Shown one piece after another: positions 50,407-59,736 of a DNA stretch of 64,000 bases; positions within the stretch are counted from its first letter, which is position 1; each line of letters opens with the position of its first letter. This DNA comes from a virus, in IMG/VR virus record IMGVR_UViG_3300031215_000011, positions 1-64,000 of that record. One strand, given 5' to 3'. The position numbers were made by a program, and so were the translations under genes. Below the pieces are notes generated by a model. It was not told the DNA's origin and searched no databases. It saw only the letters and a program-made list of their open reading frames with translations.

Positions 50407-51987
50407 ATGTTAATAAACGGAAAACAAGTAAGAGACGGTAGTTTAGCTATAGCTAAACTAAAAAATTCAGGGGGCCAAGGAACGGTTACTTTCGGAGCAG
50501 GTACAATGCTTGCTGTTACCGATGCTCCTACCGCTGCTACTCATGTAGCTAATAAAGCGTATGTAGATGGGTTGGCATCAGGTATCAATTTTAAGGCTGC
50601 AGTAAAAGCTGCCACTACTATCAATTTAAGTACGTTAGAGGGTACGGCCACTTTAGACGGTGTAAGTATATCGGCAGGAGATAGGGTTCTAGTTAAAAAC
50701 CAAACAGCGGAAGAGGATAACGGTATCTACGTAGTAGCTGCAGGTAATTGGGCTAGATCAGCTGATGTAAATTCTGCCGAAGAGTTAATAGGATGCTTCG
50801 TATTCGTAGACCAAGGGACAGCTAACGGTAACAAAGGTTTTGTTCAAACAGAGACAATAGGTACCATAGGCACGGATGCGGTTAAATTTATCCAATTTAC
50901 GGCACAGGGTTCTTACACGTTTGGGAACGGTTTGACTACTTCAGGGCAAAGTGTTTCTGCAAATCTAGGAGCAGGGTTAGAATTTTCAGGTAGTGAAATA
51001 ACGATTGATAGTTCGATAGCAGGAAGTGGATTGTCTATAAACGGCTCCAAGGTTCTTTCTGTTGACCCTATTGATTTATCCACTTCAAAAGCTACAGGAG
51101 TTTTGCCTCCTAGTAAAGGTGGTACAGGTTTTAGCCATACTAACGTTATAGAAAATGCAATATTAGCAGGTAACGGAGACGGCACAGGATTCGACCAAGT
51201 TTTGATTACCTTAGAAGATGGCTTGACCGGAGATTTATCCGCAGACAATGGAGAGTTCCTTATTGGTATAGACGAAAACGGTGTTACGGTTAGAGAATTA
51301 GCCGTAACAGGCACTATCCTAACCGATAAGGTAATAGGTTGGAACGGTTCTGCTCTAGCTTGGCAAGCTAATCCAAATACCGATAATCAGCAATTGAGTA
51401 TAACGAATCTAAACAATGGTTCGGTAAAGTGGGATTTGACAGGGGATAGTGCGAGTACGGCTACTTTAGATTTTGCAGCTGTACTATCTCATTTAGGTAT
51501 AAACGATATAGGGGATGTAGAAATAGCAGCCCCAAGTAGTAACCACTTTTTAGGTTATTTTGAAGGTTCGTGGATAAACAAACGACCTACCGCAAGCAAC
51601 GTATCTTTCTCAGATACTAGCACTACTATTTCAGCTAGTGATGTACAGGCTGCTATTGAGGCTTTAGATACTACTTTGGGTAACATAAGCACGGGTATAT
51701 TGGACGGTGCAGATTTAGAACAGTCTGCTCAAGCTGCTGCTAATAATCAATATAGTGGGGCTTTAATTTCATCCGTTCCTAAAGGGTATGTTATGGTTTA
51801 CGTAAATGGGCTGCATACTTCTTTGCGAGAAGATAAGACAGGGGCTTGTTACTTCTCAGGCGATAGTGGAGCCACGGCTAGGACTTTTGCTAATATCGCC
51901 TCAGGAGATAAGGTGTATTGGCATGGAGGCAATGCAGGTTATAATTTAGAATCAACTGATGTTATAGATTTAGTTTACGAGATATGA
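50407..51987 (+). CDS. tail fibre protein
   Basis: 526 aa. The N-terminal ISAGDRVLVKNQTAEEDNGIYVVAAGNWARSAD motif is common in phage fibres. The body is G/S/T/N-rich. Confidence 0.6.
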   Translation: MLINGKQVRDGSLAIAKLKNSGGQGTVTFGAGTMLAVTDAPTAATHVANKAYVDGLASGINFKAAVKAATTINLSTLEGTATLDGVSISAGDRVLVKNQTAEEDNGIYVVAAGNWARSADVNSAEELIGCFVFVDQGTANGNKGFVQTETIGTIGTDAVKFIQFTAQGSYTFGNGLTTSGQSVSANLGAGLEFSGSEITIDSSIAGSGLSINGSKVLSVDPIDLSTSKATGVLPPSKGGTGFSHTNVIENAILAGNGDGTGFDQVLITLEDGLTGDLSADNGEFLIGIDENGVTVRELAVTGTILTDKVIGWNGSALAWQANPNTDNQQLSITNLNNGSVKWDLTGDSASTATLDFAAVLSHLGINDIGDVEIAAPSSNHFLGYFEGSWINKRPTASNVSFSDTSTTISASDVQAAIEALDTTLGNISTGILDGADLEQSAQAAANNQYSGALISSVPKGYVMVYVNGLHTSLREDKTGACYFSGDSGATARTFANIASGDKVYWHGGNAGYNLESTDVIDLVYEI

Positions 51988-52421
51988 TAAAGACTAAACA
52001 AGTAACAGGTTTGAAGGCTGTAATAGGCGATGAAGGACTTAGCGTAGGAGTGGGGGTAACTGTTCCGGCTACTGAGGGGGTAATAGAGGCTGCTAATGAT
52101 ATTATAGCTTTCTCCTCTTCCGATACTAGGTGGAAAAGAGAAAAGAAGCTTATAGAGGCTCCTTTGGATAAATTGGATAAACTTTCAGGCATTACTTTTA
52201 AGTGGGTAGAGGATTCCAAAAACCATCCTAACAAAGGTTCAGGGGTAGGAGTAATTGCACAAGAAGTAGAAGAGGTATTTCCTGAGTTGGTTAATACTAG
52301 AATTACAGGAATGAAAGCCGTTAAATATGAAGGATTAATACCTTTATTAATCGAGTGTATTAAGGAGCAGCAAAAACAAATAGAAAAGTTAAAATGCCTT
52401 TACCAAGCACAGGACCAATAA
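51984..52421 (+). CDS. stand-alone Peptidase_S74 (intramolecular chaperone) domain protein
   Basis: SSSDTRWKREKKLIE...LSGITFKW...GVGVIAQEVEEVFPELV...VKYEGLIPLLIECIKEQQKQIEKL is the auto-cleaving chaperone domain of endosialidase and tail fibres. Confidence 0.8.
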   Translation: MIKTKQVTGLKAVIGDEGLSVGVGVTVPATEGVIEAANDIIAFSSSDTRWKREKKLIEAPLDKLDKLSGITFKWVEDSKNHPNKGSGVGVIAQEVEEVFPELVNTRITGMKAVKYEGLIPLLIECIKEQQKQIEKLKCLYQAQDQ

Positions 52422-53872
52422 GCTTTGGAGATATAGCGACTGAAAAGGAGATAATAGCAGAGAACTTGTCATTATCTGACTTATCAACTTCTAACATAGA
52501 GGTTAAATCTTTGAACAAGCCTGATTCTATAGCCCCTCACGCTGTTTCAGAGTTTCGAGACTATAACCATAAAGGGGACTTTACTTTGCTTATTGAGGGG
52601 GAATCTTTTACAGTTTTAACCTATACGCATGGTAGCATTAGTTATAATTATTCAGTAGATTGGGGAGATGGAGAAGTAACTACAGGGCATACAGGTAATG
52701 CTTCGCACACTTACTCAGCTTCGGGGCAATATGTAGTTACAATAATGGGAACTTTTCCTTTGTTTTATAACCAACTCAATGCAGAAGGGTTGAAGATATT
52801 AGAGTTACAGCATTGGGGACAGTACGGAGGTAATACTTTTAGTCAAAGCGGAGCTTTCAGAGGTTGCAACAATATGGAGGTAACTGCTTTAGACAAGCCC
52901 AATACTACAGGTGTTACCAATTTTGCAAATATGTTTGATGGGTGTCATTCTATGACTAACCTAGGAGACGCTTCTTGGGATATGTCTAGTGCTACTAACT
53001 TCTCTCAGATGTTTTTGAGGTGCTATGTATTTAACCAAGATTTAAACGATTGGGATGTTTCTAACGTACTCAATATGAGTTTAATGTTTTTCTTAGCTTC
53101 GGCTTTCAATGGTCAAATTGGGGATTGGAATGTGAGTAGTGTTCAAAGTATGGCATTATTATTCAGAAGTAGTTCGTTCAATCAAGATATTTCAGGATGG
53201 AGACCTACAAGTTGTACTAGCTTCTCTACTATGTTCAGAGGTGCGCCTTACAATAAACCGATGGCAGATTGGACGTTTAAAAGTAGCGGAGTTAGTTTTG
53301 CAGGCTTTTTTGAGAGTGCTACACAATTTAATCAAGATATAGGAGGATGGGATACTTCGAGCGTAAATAATATGGACGCTATGTTTAGAGGGGCTGGTCA
53401 ATTTGACCAAGATATTTCGGGATGGGATACTTCGAGCGTAACTAGGATGTTCCAAATGTTCTTGGGTGCTTCTAGCTTTAATCAGTCTATAGGGGTTTGG
53501 GATGTCGGAAGTGTTACTGATATGCAATGGATGTTCAGAACTGCGAGTAGTTTCAATCAGCCTTTAGGGGATTGGGATGTTAGTAACGTTGAGAATATGT
53601 ATAGAATGTTTGAAGGGTGTCAATTTGACCAAGATATTTCGGGATGGGACGTTAGTAAGGTTACTGATTTTAATTTGTTTATGACTAATGGTCATTTCTC
53701 TACAGCTAATTACAATGCTTTGCTTATAGCATGGTCAGCACTCACTTTGGTAGAAGGGGTGTTTGCTCAATTCCATCAAGTAACTTATACAGGAGGAGGA
53801 GCAGCAGCGACAGCACGAGCAAATATTATTAGTAACTTTGGTTGGGAATTCAGCGATGGAGGAATCGCATAA
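52394..53872 (+). CDS. DUF285/BspA-like leucine-rich repeat protein (candidate receptor-binding protein)
   Basis: At least 10 tandem ~25-aa units of the type F.......FNQDI(S/G)GWD(V/T)SSV..M..MF. A DNA-level exact repeat caatttgaccaagatatttcgggatggga occurs at about 53399 and about 53620. Confidence 0.8.
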   Translation: MPLPSTGPISFGDIATEKEIIAENLSLSDLSTSNIEVKSLNKPDSIAPHAVSEFRDYNHKGDFTLLIEGESFTVLTYTHGSISYNYSVDWGDGEVTTGHTGNASHTYSASGQYVVTIMGTFPLFYNQLNAEGLKILELQHWGQYGGNTFSQSGAFRGCNNMEVTALDKPNTTGVTNFANMFDGCHSMTNLGDASWDMSSATNFSQMFLRCYVFNQDLNDWDVSNVLNMSLMFFLASAFNGQIGDWNVSSVQSMALLFRSSSFNQDISGWRPTSCTSFSTMFRGAPYNKPMADWTFKSSGVSFAGFFESATQFNQDIGGWDTSSVNNMDAMFRGAGQFDQDISGWDTSSVTRMFQMFLGASSFNQSIGVWDVGSVTDMQWMFRTASSFNQPLGDWDVSNVENMYRMFEGCQFDQDISGWDVSKVTDFNLFMTNGHFSTANYNALLIAWSALTLVEGVFAQFHQVTYTGGGAAATARANIISNFGWEFSDGGIA

Positions 53873-53883
53873 AAATAAAGGAA

Positions 53884-54255
53884 ATGAATATAAAAAATAA
53901 AGAGTTAGGGGCATTAGCCGTTATGTACAGCAAGGTTGATACTTCTGTATTAGGAGTAGAGCATTTGAAGCAATGTGTACAATTTCAAAAAGTATTAACT
54001 TCTAGGTTAACTGAGTTGAAAGATTATCAATTCGAGTTATTTAAAGGGTACAAGGTAAAACCATCTCAAGGGGGTGTTTACAATTGGTCCACCCATAAAA
54101 AAAGTTCTGAAATAGACGAAAAAGTTTTTAATTTATTAGAAACTAATGTTATTTTAACTCCTGTTAATTTTATACCCGAGGATAAGTTTTACGAAGCTTT
54201 TAAAGGTTTACCTATTGCCGAATTAACGGTTTTAGCAAAATATTTAGTACAGTAG
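53884..54255 (+). CDS. hypothetical protein
   Basis: The ATG at 53884 is preferred over 53842, which overlaps the previous gene. Confidence 0.5.
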   Translation: MNIKNKELGALAVMYSKVDTSVLGVEHLKQCVQFQKVLTSRLTELKDYQFELFKGYKVKPSQGGVYNWSTHKKSSEIDEKVFNLLETNVILTPVNFIPEDKFYEAFKGLPIAELTVLAKYLVQ

Positions 54256-54267
54256 CTTTTTTACGTC

Positions 54268-54287
54268 CAAAAAGTTTTGTAATATTG
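54268..54287 (+). promoter_or_regulatory. late-type promoter-like box CAAAAAGTTTTGTAATATTG
   Basis: Near-identical to 43485-43505. Upstream of the sheath gene. Confidence 0.4.
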
Positions 54288-54310
54288 ATAACTGAAAAAC
54301 ACTTCATACT

Positions 54311-55849
54311 ATGCAAGCAGTAGGTACAGCCCGAACAGAAATTTCGATACAAGATTTATCCGCTTTAATTGCAGCAGGTTTGAAAGGCATTATTGCCGTT
54401 CCTGCTATAACTGAATGGGGCGAATTGCACACTCCTAAAACAGTAAGTGTTTGGAGTGAGTACGTTAAACACTTTGGAGGTTACCTTGATGATGTAGATG
54501 ACCCTCTTTTGCTTAAAAGAGCATTGGATGCAGGGGCTACTTTGAAGATTAGCCGTATTGCTCATTATACTGATATTACTGATTCTTCTACTTTAGATGG
54601 TGTTAAAGCTACAGGTACTGTAGGAACAGACACGGATGGTATAGATTTCGTGGCAGCTAGTATAGGAGCGTGGGGAAACAAAGTAACTGTAGCTATAGCG
54701 GATGCAGCTAATGGAGTAACGAACGAAGTAGATTACACGATAAGCATTTCAAGTAATCCAAATTTAACTCAGATTATTACCAACGTAGCTATTGCACCTA
54801 ACGCTGAGCAGATAGCTAAGTTCAACAACTCTTCAAGAATTGTGAAGATTGCAGCCGTTAATGGCACTCCCGTAACAGGCTCTGTAACTTTAACGAGTGG
54901 GGAGCAGGATAGAACAGCCATTGTCGCTACTGATTGGTTAGGAGACGCGAGTACCGGAACAGGATTTAGAGCCTTTGATGAGGATGTGGATTGCACTAAA
55001 ATTGCGATACCTTCTCAGGCTAACCCTGCTATTGACACGGCTCTTATTGCTTACGTTGATGACAGAGAAGATATGATTGCTTTATTAAGAACTCCTGTAG
55101 GGCTTGATGGAGCAACTGCTGTGGATTATAGAGAAGGTTCAGGGGCTTATTCTCATGCTGCTCATAACTCATGGAGAGCGATTATGACTACAGGAGGTTT
55201 AAAGATAACTGACCCTATTTCAGGAGCAGTAAAAATTATTCCTGAATTGCCTGACGTAATGGGGGCAATGAGTAAAAGAGACAATAACCAAAGAGAGTGG
55301 TTTGCAGCAGCAGGCCCTAAAAGAGGTTTGATTAAAAACGCTTTAGGGGTTGTAGTTAACTTCGGTTCTTCTGCTAAGAAGTCTGCAGCTAATAAATTGG
55401 ATGTTTACGGGATAAATCCTGTAATTAATCATAGCAGCTTTGGTTTAGTATTTTGGGGTAACAGCACCTTAACCAAGGCTCCAAGTTTATTGAAGCACGC
55501 TAACGTAGCGGAGTTGATGATTTTCTTATTTAGAAGTCTTAAACCTCTTACTGAATTTGAGACTTTTGACCCTAACGATATTGAGACTTGGAAACAAATC
55601 CACAGAAGGGTAACTCCTTTAATGGATTTCGTTAAAGATAACCGAGGTATATGGGACTACCGTTACCAAGGAGATCAAGATGTAGATGACGTTTCTCAGG
55701 TGGCTGTAAACGACCCTGATAATATTGACTTAGGTTTGTACGAGTTCCAATTAATCGTTAAGCCTAAAGTAGGTATGAAGTATATTGGAGTGAAGGTTGG
55801 TATTACCAACTCAGGTACTGATTTTTCAATTTTTGACCCTGAAAATTAA
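54311..55849 (+). CDS. contractile tail sheath protein
   Basis: 512 aa, directly followed by a gp19-like tube gene. Size and order are typical of sheath. Confidence 0.75.
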   Translation: MQAVGTARTEISIQDLSALIAAGLKGIIAVPAITEWGELHTPKTVSVWSEYVKHFGGYLDDVDDPLLLKRALDAGATLKISRIAHYTDITDSSTLDGVKATGTVGTDTDGIDFVAASIGAWGNKVTVAIADAANGVTNEVDYTISISSNPNLTQIITNVAIAPNAEQIAKFNNSSRIVKIAAVNGTPVTGSVTLTSGEQDRTAIVATDWLGDASTGTGFRAFDEDVDCTKIAIPSQANPAIDTALIAYVDDREDMIALLRTPVGLDGATAVDYREGSGAYSHAAHNSWRAIMTTGGLKITDPISGAVKIIPELPDVMGAMSKRDNNQREWFAAAGPKRGLIKNALGVVVNFGSSAKKSAANKLDVYGINPVINHSSFGLVFWGNSTLTKAPSLLKHANVAELMIFLFRSLKPLTEFETFDPNDIETWKQIHRRVTPLMDFVKDNRGIWDYRYQGDQDVDDVSQVAVNDPDNIDLGLYEFQLIVKPKVGMKYIGVKVGITNSGTDFSIFDPEN

Positions 55850-55854
55850 CAACA

Positions 55855-56307
55855 ATGGCTAAACAAGCATATACAAGAAAATCGTTCCAATACCGTGTAG
55901 AGATAGATGGTATTGATGAATTTGAGATACAGAAAGTGAGTATTCCTAGTGTGGAGATTGACGTAGTAGAGCATGGCGATACTAATCGTGCAATCAAGAC
56001 AGCAGGTATGGTTAAAACAGGTGATTTGGTTTTAGAGAAAATCAGACCTATTGGTAACGATTCTTGGGCGTACAACGAATTAGCTTTGGCTCAAAACGTG
56101 CTTACAGGGGGTGGTACAATTCCCGTGCAGTTTAAGAAGCCTATAGTTATCAAAGAAATGGATTCAACAGGTTTTGCTACTTTGAACAGGTGGCTATGTA
56201 CCGGATGTTGGGTAAAGAAAATAGAGAGTAGCGATTTGGACAGAATGAGTTCTGATGCCATTATTGAAACAGTTACTTTCAGCGTGGACGAGTGTGTTCG
56301 TGCGTAA
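55855..56307 (+). CDS. tail tube protein (T4 gp19-like)
   Basis: 150 aa. FQYRVEIDGIDEFEIQKVSIPSVEIDVVEHGD matches the gp19/tube N-terminal pattern. Confidence 0.75.
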   Translation: MAKQAYTRKSFQYRVEIDGIDEFEIQKVSIPSVEIDVVEHGDTNRAIKTAGMVKTGDLVLEKIRPIGNDSWAYNELALAQNVLTGGGTIPVQFKKPIVIKEMDSTGFATLNRWLCTGCWVKKIESSDLDRMSSDAIIETVTFSVDECVRA

Positions 56308-56337
56308 GGTTCATCCTTTTCCTTAATCCTCAGCAAG

Positions 56338-56363
56338 AGCCTCGAATTTATTCGGGGCTTTTG
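56338..56363 (+). terminator. Rho-independent terminator/attenuator
   Basis: agcctcgaa-ttta-ttcggggct plus tttt. Confidence 0.7.
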
Positions 56364-56418
56364 TGTTTAAAAGTGTTCAAGAAATCGTTAGATTTGTAAC
56401 AACTCAAAAATTAGTAAT

Positions 56419-57237
56419 ATGAACAGTACACACAAGTTTATTTTACCGTCAGGAGTAGAGGCTGAGGTAAAGGAATTAGGAGGTAAGCACCAAAGGATGC
56501 TTACAGAACAAAAACAAAAAACGTTTAATGAGAAGTTGGATGACGTTCTCAAGGACATACTTATTCGAGTAGGTTCGGTTAAGGGTAAGGACATTGATGA
56601 TAATTTCATCTTGAGTTTACTTTCAGCCGATAAGAAAAAGTGTTTGGTAGAAGCTAGACAATTCTCTATGGATTGGGAAGATGCTTTTGATTTCACTTGG
56701 GAGTATGAGAATCTTAAAGGAGCCAATGTAAAGCATGAATTGTCTTGCGATTTAAAGGAGGCTTTTGATGTTAAACCTTACCAAACTTTAGAGCAGGCTA
56801 AGGACGGCTCTATCTCATTCAAAGAGGCTAAGTATTCGGAGTATGCGGATATTGTGAAAAGGTTCGAGTTTACCTTACCTAAAAGCAAAAAACAGCTTAG
56901 AGTAACCTTATTGGACGGCAAAGGGGAACTTAAAGGGGCAACAACCAAAAAAGCAGATCGGAGTTCTCACACGGCTCTATTGATGCGTAACCCTAGTTTT
57001 ATGGAAAAGAAAACTAAGGATATTGTTCCAATGCAGTTAACGGCAGGCGATTTGGATGACATGAATTTAAAAGATTTGGGTTTTATCCGTAAAATCATAA
57101 AGGAGTTAGAAGGTAGAGTGGATACTGAGTTGATGTTTGAACATCCTGAGGCTAAATTTTTACCTCAGAAAGAGAAAAATCAAGTGGTTGACCTCTTGGG
57201 GGAGATGGCTTTTTTCTTCCCTTCGGAGGCGATATAG
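56419..57237 (+). CDS. tail assembly chaperone (G-like, zero-frame product)
   Basis: 272 aa, between the tube and the tape measure. Contains a slippery heptamer near its 3' end. Confidence 0.7.
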   Translation: MNSTHKFILPSGVEAEVKELGGKHQRMLTEQKQKTFNEKLDDVLKDILIRVGSVKGKDIDDNFILSLLSADKKKCLVEARQFSMDWEDAFDFTWEYENLKGANVKHELSCDLKEAFDVKPYQTLEQAKDGSISFKEAKYSEYADIVKRFEFTLPKSKKQLRVTLLDGKGELKGATTKKADRSSHTALLMRNPSFMEKKTKDIVPMQLTAGDLDDMNLKDLGFIRKIIKELEGRVDTELMFEHPEAKFLPQKEKNQVVDLLGEMAFFFPSEAI

Positions 57238-57401
57238 ACGAACAATACTTTTACCTTTCGTATGGAGGATTAACAATGCAGTTATTCGAGTACGAAAGGT
57301 TGAGTTTTCGGAGGCAGCATACTTATTTGCATAAGATGCGAACCCAAAAGGAGAGGGAGGATGCAGAGATGCAGAAAGCAAAAGGTAAATTTAAAAAGTA
57401 A
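56419..57401 (+). CDS. tail assembly chaperone, -1 frameshift product (GT-like)
   Basis: Zero frame to 57216, then the -1 frame adds about 61 codons (…FFLPFGGDIDEQYFYLSYGGLTMQLFEYERL…KGKFKK). Confidence 0.6.
57210..57216 (+). promoter_or_regulatory. -1 programmed ribosomal frameshift slippery site T_TTT_TTC
   Basis: The heptamer is in the correct X_XXY_YYZ phase relative to the 56419 frame. The -1 frame is open from 57192 to the TAA at 57399-57401, 3 nt before the tape-measure ATG. Confidence 0.7.
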
Positions 57402-57404
57402 GAA

Positions 57405-59735
57405 ATGCAGTTTGGTACATTTTCAGGAGGCGGTTTAGGTTTCGGGGTATCTTTTACCCTTAGAGATCAGTTTACCCGTGTTGAGAAAAAGATACAAGGC
57501 AGCATGGCTAGGTTAGAAGCAGGCACAGAGCGCATGGCTTCTAAAGTGAACGCAGCTATGGCAGGTATCCAAGGGGGTATTGTCATGATGGGTTCAGGGA
57601 TAGCTTTACTTGCTCCCATCTTCAAAGGTTTAAATGTAGCGGAGCAATTCGAGAACTACGAACTACAGCTTTCTACTCTCCTCAAGTCAGGAGATAAAGC
57701 TAGAAAATTACTAGCTGATATTAAAAAAGATGCTTTAGATAATCCTGTATTTGAGACTGATTCTTTGATGAAGGCCAATTCTGCTTTAATTGCTACAGGT
57801 AAAGTGGACCCTATAGGCTCTCGAGAAATAGTAAATGATTTGTCTAACATCATTGCAGGTGCAGGGGGAGGAGATGACGAACTGAGACGAATGGCTATAA
57901 ACCTTCAACAAATAGGAAACGCAGGTAAAGCGAGTGCCATAGATTTAAGACAGTTTGCCTTAGCAGGTATTCCTATCTACAACTTGATAGCGGAATCTAT
58001 GGGTAAAACTACTGAGGAGGTTCGGGACATGGATATTAGTTTAGAGATGTTAGCCAAGGCTTTCAAGGCAGCAGGAGCAGAAGGGGGAATGTTTGAAGGT
58101 GCTTTGGAGAACGCTGCCAAAGGTTACAAAGGACTTAAAGCAAGATTAGGAGAAAACATAGATTTTACCTTGATGAAAATGGCTGAGAAGTTTGAGCCTA
58201 TTTACAAGAAAATGTTGTCGATGGCAAGTGACCTTTTAGAAGGTTTACAGGAGTTTATGGACACTCCAATTGGTAAATTTATAACTCAGATAGCAGGTTT
58301 AGGATTGGCTTTGGCTGCTTTGACTTTAATAGCGGTGGGGGTAGTCATGGTAATTACTGCTTTAGCAGGTCCTATGGCAGCAGCGTTCACAGCCGTAATG
58401 CCTGTAATTGCAGGTATAGCTTTATTAGCTGCTAAGGCTTATATTTTGTATCGCTTACTTAACTCTACCAATGATGCTTTAATGCTGTTAGGAGTTACTA
58501 TAGCTATTTTCATGGGACCTATTGGATGGCTCATTGCAGGTATAGTTTTAATTGTACGAGCGTGGAAGAGTTTTGAAAGTTTGATGAATGGGGAATCTAA
58601 ACCACTTTCAGGTATAGCGGGGGTGCTTCAAAAGATTGGAGGTATAATGTGGGCGGTTGGCGAGATATGGTCATCTGCTACAGAGGATGGGTTTGCTATG
58701 AGTGGTAAGTTACATGATGCGTTACAGGAGATAGGCATATTAGATTTGGTTATTTCTATAGGGACGTACATAGTCAGGTTAAAGAATTTCCTTCGAGGAA
58801 TGAAAGAGGGGTTTATGATTGCTTTCGACGTGGCTAAGGATGCTATTAAGTCAGTTCTTGCTCCTTTTGAGCAAATGATAACGAACGGGGAAGGTTGGTC
58901 AGATTGGTTGGACAGGAATACTTCGGATATGGACTATTGGAAAGAAGCAGGTAAAAAAGCTGCTTACGCTATGGCTATAGGTTTAGGAGTGGTGGTAGCA
59001 GTTTTATTAGCTATAGCTGTTGCTACTATCATTGCGTTTCTCCCACAGATAATAATGATAGGATTAATTGTGGCTGCTGTTTATATGCTTATCAAGTATT
59101 GGGACGAGGTTAAATTAGCGATGATCGGAATAGGTATAATTGCAGTTACTGCTTTTTCTCCTGTTGTTCAATTAATAGGCGTAATGCTTAAAGGATTGTT
59201 AGCGATGTACGATGCTGCCGTAGCTTTAGGTTACTTAGATAAGATTGATTTAATGGAAAACAATCGAACTAATATAGAGGGGATGGCAGACGGAACCTTG
59301 ATGCAAAAAGTGCAGCAAGATTTAATGGTTAAATACGAAGAGCAAAAAAATAAAATAGAGTTAGAGAAGAGCCAAGAGCCACGAGAATTTAATATGCAGA
59401 AACACTTTGCCCAAATGAATGCTCCTGATTATTTGAAAAATTTAAAAGTAGGGACTTCTTACCCTATTGAGGCTAACACTATGGAGAAAGAGCCTCTTTT
59501 AGGTAAAGAGAATAATAACCTATCTCTTGATTCAGGGTTTGATTTCAATGCAGCTTCTCAAAAAGAGGCAGAACAAAAAGCTGCTCAGGTCAATGTTCAA
59601 AACTCAGAGCCTACGATAATAGACAAATCTACTCAGAAACTTGAGCAGATTAATGTTACTGTAAATATGGATGGAGATGAGGTAGCTAATAAGGTAATAG
59701 AAAAACAGGAGTTGGATTCAGCTAGAAGCAATTAA
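57405..59735 (+). CDS. tape measure protein
   Basis: 776 aa. Alpha-helical with A/G/I-rich hydrophobic segments. Canonical position after the chaperone. Confidence 0.85.
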   Translation: MQFGTFSGGGLGFGVSFTLRDQFTRVEKKIQGSMARLEAGTERMASKVNAAMAGIQGGIVMMGSGIALLAPIFKGLNVAEQFENYELQLSTLLKSGDKARKLLADIKKDALDNPVFETDSLMKANSALIATGKVDPIGSREIVNDLSNIIAGAGGGDDELRRMAINLQQIGNAGKASAIDLRQFALAGIPIYNLIAESMGKTTEEVRDMDISLEMLAKAFKAAGAEGGMFEGALENAAKGYKGLKARLGENIDFTLMKMAEKFEPIYKKMLSMASDLLEGLQEFMDTPIGKFITQIAGLGLALAALTLIAVGVVMVITALAGPMAAAFTAVMPVIAGIALLAAKAYILYRLLNSTNDALMLLGVTIAIFMGPIGWLIAGIVLIVRAWKSFESLMNGESKPLSGIAGVLQKIGGIMWAVGEIWSSATEDGFAMSGKLHDALQEIGILDLVISIGTYIVRLKNFLRGMKEGFMIAFDVAKDAIKSVLAPFEQMITNGEGWSDWLDRNTSDMDYWKEAGKKAAYAMAIGLGVVVAVLLAIAVATIIAFLPQIIMIGLIVAAVYMLIKYWDEVKLAMIGIGIIAVTAFSPVVQLIGVMLKGLLAMYDAAVALGYLDKIDLMENNRTNIEGMADGTLMQKVQQDLMVKYEEQKNKIELEKSQEPREFNMQKHFAQMNAPDYLKNLKVGTSYPIEANTMEKEPLLGKENNNLSLDSGFDFNAASQKEAEQKAAQVNVQNSEPTIIDKSTQKLEQINVTVNMDGDEVANKVIEKQELDSARSN

Positions 59736-59736
59736 G

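Noticed and set aside
52840-53720. Tandem ~75-nt DNA periodicity considered as non-coding satellite or CRISPR
   Set aside because: The periodicity lies entirely within one long ORF and corresponds to DUF285-type protein repeats.
57137-57334. 65-aa ORF overlapping the end of the chaperone gene, as a possible frameshift target
   Set aside because: It is in the +1 frame relative to the chaperone, and its translation is Arg/Leu-rich nonsense. The -1 frame fits the slippery heptamer and ends just before the tape-measure start.
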